Below are positions 60,192-64,000 of a stretch of DNA of 64,000 nt, piece after piece. Below the pieces are notes generated by a model. That model ran no database searches. It saw only the letters and a list, made by a program, of their open reading frames with translations, and was not told where the DNA came from. Source of the DNA: Promethearchaeota archaeon (GTDB lineage Archaea > Asgardarchaeota > Lokiarchaeia > Sigyniarchaeales > SOKP01); contig JAHPZE010000018.1 of NCBI GenBank assembly GCA_019058365.1, positions 1-64,000 on the forward strand. Direction: 5' to 3'. Position 1 is the first letter of the stretch; each line of letters starts with the position of its first letter. Both the position numbers and the translations under genes were made by a program.

Positions 60192-61586
60192 TTATAAATT
60201 TTTCACAATCTCTTTAACGTTCTTATTGATAATTTCAAATTTGTTAATTAAATCTTGATTTTCTTTATTCAGGTAAACCAAGTATTTAATATTCTTAAAA
60301 GGATAAAGATCTTTAAAATATGTTCCATGCCATTCATAAAATAATTGAGGCTGTTCATTTTCTTGTTGTATCCAAATAGATTTCATCTCCTGTTCCTTTA
60401 TTTCTTTTACTTTTTCCTGATCCAATCCTATTGATGGATAAAAGATTGATTCATATTTGGTAAACTTATTTTTGGGAATATCCAAATGTATCTCACTATT
60501 GAACTCTTTTTTTAATTCTCCGATTAATTTAATGATCTTATAATCAGCTAATTCAATTATTCCCATCTGCTGTTTAGTTAAACATTGATAATTAAATATA
60601 TCATAATTTTTTTCACGAAGAATTATTGATTTCAAATTTCGATTCAAACTATTATTTTCAATGGAATTTTTATCTTTTATTTCTTTATATTTATTTAGAA
60701 ATACATTCATTAAAAACCAATCAGTTAATTCATATAATTTTGCATGATCTTCCCTATTTTGCAATATTTCATTTAGTTCAGTTTCATTATTAAAACTCGG
60801 ATAATCCTTATCTGTTATAAAAGAGTTTGCTATTTTTTTCAAAATAAAATTGAAATAGGAAATTGTTTTATGAGTATATAAACGATCATATAAAGAAAAT
60901 CGAGCAATTAAGAAGTTTTCGATAGATCTTGAAGCTTTTTCATTAATTACAAGTTTTTCTTGATTAAATATTTGAAAATTACTTATTAAATAATCAAAAT
61001 CAATGATACCAAATTTGACCCCTGAAAAATATGAATCTCTTAATAAATAATCAAGTCTATCAGCATCTAATTCCCAATTTATAATTTTATTTAATATTGG
61101 ATTATCTGCAATATCGTTTCCCTCAATAAGATTACATATTAAATTAATATCATAATTTTCGCTTGTATCAATAATATCTTTTAAATATGAATTTTTTATT
61201 AGATACACTCCAAATTCTTCATGAGAGATTTTAAAAAATGAAGGAAGATCTTCCCAATTTTCATCTTCTTCATTGAATTCAAGAGCATGTGAAAACGGAA
61301 AATGACCAATATCATGTAATAACGCAGCCATTTTTAGATTATTTAAGTAATATGAGCTCATTATGTCTTCATTTTGCTTTTGTAGAATAACTCCAATTTT
61401 ATCCGTAATATGAAAGACTCCTAAAGAATGTGAAAATCTATTATGGTTTACAGTAGGATAGACATATTCAGCTAGACTTAATTGTCTAATATGTCTTAAT
61501 CTTTGAAAAATAGGTGTATCCACAATGATAGATTCAATTTCATTTAATTCAATTAGTCCATAAATCGGATCATAGATTCTTTTCAA
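60192..61586 (-). CDS. HD-domain phosphohydrolase, YwfO/SAMHD1-like dNTP triphosphohydrolase family
   Basis: DPIYG, FQRLRHIRQL, HNRFSHSLGV, LLHDIGHFPFSH, DADRLDYLLRD, R..LY..LYTHK. Confidence 0.92.
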   Translation of the reverse strand: MKRIYDPIYGLIELNEIESIIVDTPIFQRLRHIRQLSLAEYVYPTVNHNRFSHSLGVFHITDKIGVILQKQNEDIMSSYYLNNLKMAALLHDIGHFPFSHALEFNEEDENWEDLPSFFKISHEEFGVYLIKNSYLKDIIDTSENYDINLICNLIEGNDIADNPILNKIINWELDADRLDYLLRDSYFSGVKFGIIDFDYLISNFQIFNQEKLVINEKASRSIENFLIARFSLYDRLYTHKTISYFNFILKKIANSFITDKDYPSFNNETELNEILQNREDHAKLYELTDWFLMNVFLNKYKEIKDKNSIENNSLNRNLKSIILREKNYDIFNYQCLTKQQMGIIELADYKIIKLIGELKKEFNSEIHLDIPKNKFTKYESIFYPSIGLDQEKVKEIKEQEMKSIWIQQENEQPQLFYEWHGTYFKDLYPFKNIKYLVYLNKENQDLINKFEIINKNVKEIVKNL

Positions 61587-61599
61587 TATACATCAAAAA

Positions 61600-62106
61600 C
61601 TAGCTTGATATTAAGCCTACACTTTTTAAATCATTTAAAACTTCATTAAATTTGAATGAATCAAATAATTTTGGTTTATAGATTGATAATTTAAGTCGTA
61701 TTTTATCCATACTCCAATTTTTAAAATATATATCTTCATATAAATATAAGAAACTTGAATAAAATTCAAATTTCTTTTGATCTATCCCCCATTTATCTAA
61801 AAGATTTTTACCCTTTTTTAAAATCTCTTGCTCTTTTTCATTAAATTTATATCTAGATAGTTCTTCTATCTTCTCTTCTGAGATTTTAGAAGCTTTATAA
61901 TATAAATCTGCTAAATAAGGTGAATATGGCCCATATTTATAAAAATTGAATTTTAGTTTTAAGTTTAAACCATACTTTTCTAGGAAATAGAAGATCTTTT
62001 GAATTAAAAATCTTTGATTAAAATCTTTATCTAATTTCTTTAGTTCCTGATTTAATCCTAATTCATTTAGAATTCTTATAAATTTAATAATGTCTTCTTT
62101 AACCAT
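61600..62106 (-). CDS. YwgA/SocA(DUF4065)-like partner protein
   Basis: RFLIQKIFYFL...LKFNFYKYGPYSPYLAD; 13 bp upstream of the HD gene. Confidence 0.7.
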   Translation of the reverse strand: MVKEDIIKFIRILNELGLNQELKKLDKDFNQRFLIQKIFYFLEKYGLNLKLKFNFYKYGPYSPYLADLYYKASKISEEKIEELSRYKFNEKEQEILKKGKNLLDKWGIDQKKFEFYSSFLYLYEDIYFKNWSMDKIRLKLSIYKPKLFDSFKFNEVLNDLKSVGLISS

Positions 62107-62467
62107 TTTATTCTGGAAATGAATCTTTAATTATTCAAAATACTATTTATATGTATGTTCTTTAGATATATATATTTTCAGTTATTTACATCTTAAGAGT
62201 CTGGTACTTTTCAGGTTTAGATTTTATGAACAAAAATAAAGAGATTTTCCTATTAAATGCCTTCTTAAGATTTTTCAAGTTTTTTTAAATATCATCACGA
62301 ATAGAAATCATTTTTGAATTCATACGATCAACCATTTAATTAATAAATATATATTTATATCGTAAAGAATTAATGACATTTTTTATTTAATGAAGATATT
62401 TTGACATCATATATCACCAGATATATCGCCAATTCAAGCTAACACTTTCTTTTTTTGAATTAAAATT

Positions 62468-62482
62468 CGGTTATTTCACGAT
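62468..62482 (-). repeat. Site F: arm + core half-site on the minus strand
   Basis: CGGTTA-TTTCACGAT = reverse complement ATCGTGAAA-TAACCG, followed by AATTTTAATTCAA. Confidence 0.8.
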
Positions 62483-62605
62483 CATCAATTAAAGCTCATC
62501 TAACAACGTCTTCTCCAGAATCTTAATGACCTAAGAATCATTTCATTAAAGACTCAGCTCTTATTTTTCATTAATTAGATATTTTAAGGTTAGCTTTTAG
62601 TTCTG

Positions 62606-62620
62606 TAACCGTTTCACGAA
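62606..62620 (-). repeat. Site G: arm + inverted core half-site on the minus strand
   Basis: TAACCG-TTTCACGAA = reverse complement TTCGTGAAA-CGGTTA, followed by CAGAACTAAAAGCTAACCTTAAA. Confidence 0.85.
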
Positions 62621-62785
62621 TACTTTTTTAATTAGTGTTTCTATTATGCCTTTTATTTAATTCCTCTTTATATTATCGCAATTCTTCAAGAATTATGTGA
62701 TTCGTTTCGGAATCCGAAAGTCTATACTGACAAAAATCATCAAAAAGACAAAAAAGAACCAGATTTATAATCTTTGGCTAAAACA

Positions 62786-64000
62786 TTATATATTAATTTT
62801 TAAAATTTTAAGAGTAAAAAGTTCGATGGGATATTTTGATGCTTGGAGAGATGCTTTTAGTTTTTGATCATAGCTATTGCAGATTATAATCCCTCTTACA
62901 GGAAATTGCTCTGAGAGATTATTATCAACCCAATAAAGATATCTTTGGATTTGACCCACCACTTTGTCGGAAGCTCTCCCTTTTTTAATTTCTATTATTA
63001 CATAATTATCTTTTTTATCCTTACATAAAATATCGATTGTGCCCACTTCATTTGTATCATATTGATTGTTTATAAACTGTAATCCTTCTTCTACTTCATG
63101 TAAGTTAGAGATTACATATTTTTCAATATCTTTTTCTAAAAATCCATTATTCTTTATTTTAAGTTCTGAGAAAGTATACTTTTGTTTCATTCCTTCCCAA
63201 TCGAGAGGAAGTAATTTGAGCCTCAAACTCTTTTTAATTTTCTTTTTTTCTTTCTCAATCATAATCTCTACTCCCTTTTCACTCCACTCCTTAAAGCTTT
63301 TGGTAAATTTACCCTTTATATAGGCTTTTTTTCCTAAAGAGATGTATTTATCGACGGTTTTTTTTGGATATCTTAATCCCGACATCTCAACCATCTCACC
63401 GTCATCATTTAGTAATATTTTTTCTAATGCCTGTAAGAATAACTTTAAAATAAAGGAAGGTGTAGTATAATTATACCCTGATGGTGAAATCAAGCACTTG
63501 GGTGTAAGGGAAAAATACAAATGCCAGATTCCTAATTTTACTAAAATATCTGAAAGTTCATTATACCAAAATTTTCTTTTTCCAACTTTCAAGTAGGAAA
63601 ACTCATTGGTAATAGAAAATTTCTCACTTATTTTTTTTAGGTTAAAAAGAAGCATAAATTCTTCATCAAAATGATCCTTGTATGATTGATTACTATAGAA
63701 ATGTCTATTGCATACACAGGTGAGCCCTAAGACAAGATTTTTCCAAGCATAGTGATACGGCATAAATGTCCGTCTCGCAGGACCAAAGTTTTCGCGTTCT
63801 TCCACCCCAAGATACATTAATGCGGTTATCGTTTTAATTATACCTTTTTCTAGAGCGGTTGAATTTGAAAGTGTGCTTACTATAACATTTTTATAATTCT
63901 TAGAACTAAGTTTGGTAAAAATATATTTCATTTCTTGGATTGTGTTCGTATAGTAATATCCATTCCTGGTATCTTGATTAAATTTGGGTTCAAGAATCTT
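62786..64000 (-). CDS. Protein with C-terminal NucS/DUF91-like PD-(D/E)xK endonuclease; 5' end probably lies outside the window
   Basis: LEKDIE, GTIDILCKD..YVIIEIKKG.ASDKVVGQIQRY; the frame stays open from 63931 to the window edge (KILEPKFNQDTRNGYYYTNTIQEM). Confidence 0.8.
   Translation of the reverse strand, partial: KILEPKFNQDTRNGYYYTNTIQEMKYIFTKLSSKNYKNVIVSTLSNSTALEKGIIKTITALMYLGVEERENFGPARRTFMPYHYAWKNLVLGLTCVCNRHFYSNQSYKDHFDEEFMLLFNLKKISEKFSITNEFSYLKVGKRKFWYNELSDILVKLGIWHLYFSLTPKCLISPSGYNYTTPSFILKLFLQALEKILLNDDGEMVEMSGLRYPKKTVDKYISLGKKAYIKGKFTKSFKEWSEKGVEIMIEKEKKKIKKSLRLKLLPLDWEGMKQKYTFSELKIKNNGFLEKDIEKYVISNLHEVEEGLQFINNQYDTNEVGTIDILCKDKKDNYVIIEIKKGRASDKVVGQIQRYLYWVDNNLSEQFPVRGIIICNSYDQKLKASLQASKYPIELFTLKILKINI

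Noticed and set aside
54497-62620. Classical integron attC array (the sites contain TAAC and GTTA)
   Set aside because: attC needs AAC...GTT within about 60-140 bp forming a hairpin, with all sites in one orientation. Here the AAC-to-GTT spans are 0.9-2.3 kb and contain genes, orientation alternates, and no IntI is visible.
54497-62620. CRISPR array
   Set aside because: Repeats are only about 15 bp, alternate in orientation and are separated by whole genes; no cas genes seen and no regular repeat-spacer pattern anywhere in the window.
62705-62719. Perfect short palindrome TTTCGGA-A-TCCGAAA
   Set aside because: Single copy, lacks the 6-bp core; could be a terminator or operator but nothing supports a call.

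Overview
Very AT-rich archaeal DNA, most consistent with an Asgard archaeon of the Lokiarchaeia type. This is inferred from a Roadblock/LC7 gene, a beta-helix protein with a C-terminal IPGY+TM+basic sorting tail, an Elf1-like domain, an LRR protein and a small family typical of Loki genomes. About 1-15 kb is ordinary cell-surface and metabolic genes. About 15-64 kb is a dense defence island containing: (i) a compact wHTH-CARF / CD-NTase(SMODS)-like / HEPN / Shedu(DUF4263)-like operon; (ii) a cluster of restriction-type nucleases (PD-(D/E)xK, HNH, AspBHI/Mrr); (iii) a DISARM-like locus (DrmA, DrmB, C5-MTase) with UvrD, NERD-helicase, Mig-type glycosylase and GHKL ATPase, bracketed by two paralogous Zn-finger/KOW proteins and preceded by an Elf1-wHTH fusion; (iv) a PIN + unknown + Rad50-like operon. 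The strongest signal not explained by the ORFs lies at 54.5-62.6 kb. Seven intergenic copies of a CG-containing site (arm WTCGYRAAA + 6-bp core TAACCG/CGGTTA) separate one- or two-gene modules. The core orientation alternates strictly, and all module genes point toward one complete 11-6-11 palindromic copy at 60117-60144. This looks like a dif/Xer-type (pdif-module or shufflon-like) cassette array. Three decayed gene-fragment duplications also bracket accessory blocks. No rRNA, tRNA, CRISPR array, integrase or transposase was recognised. All calls come from reading motifs by eye; no database searches were run.
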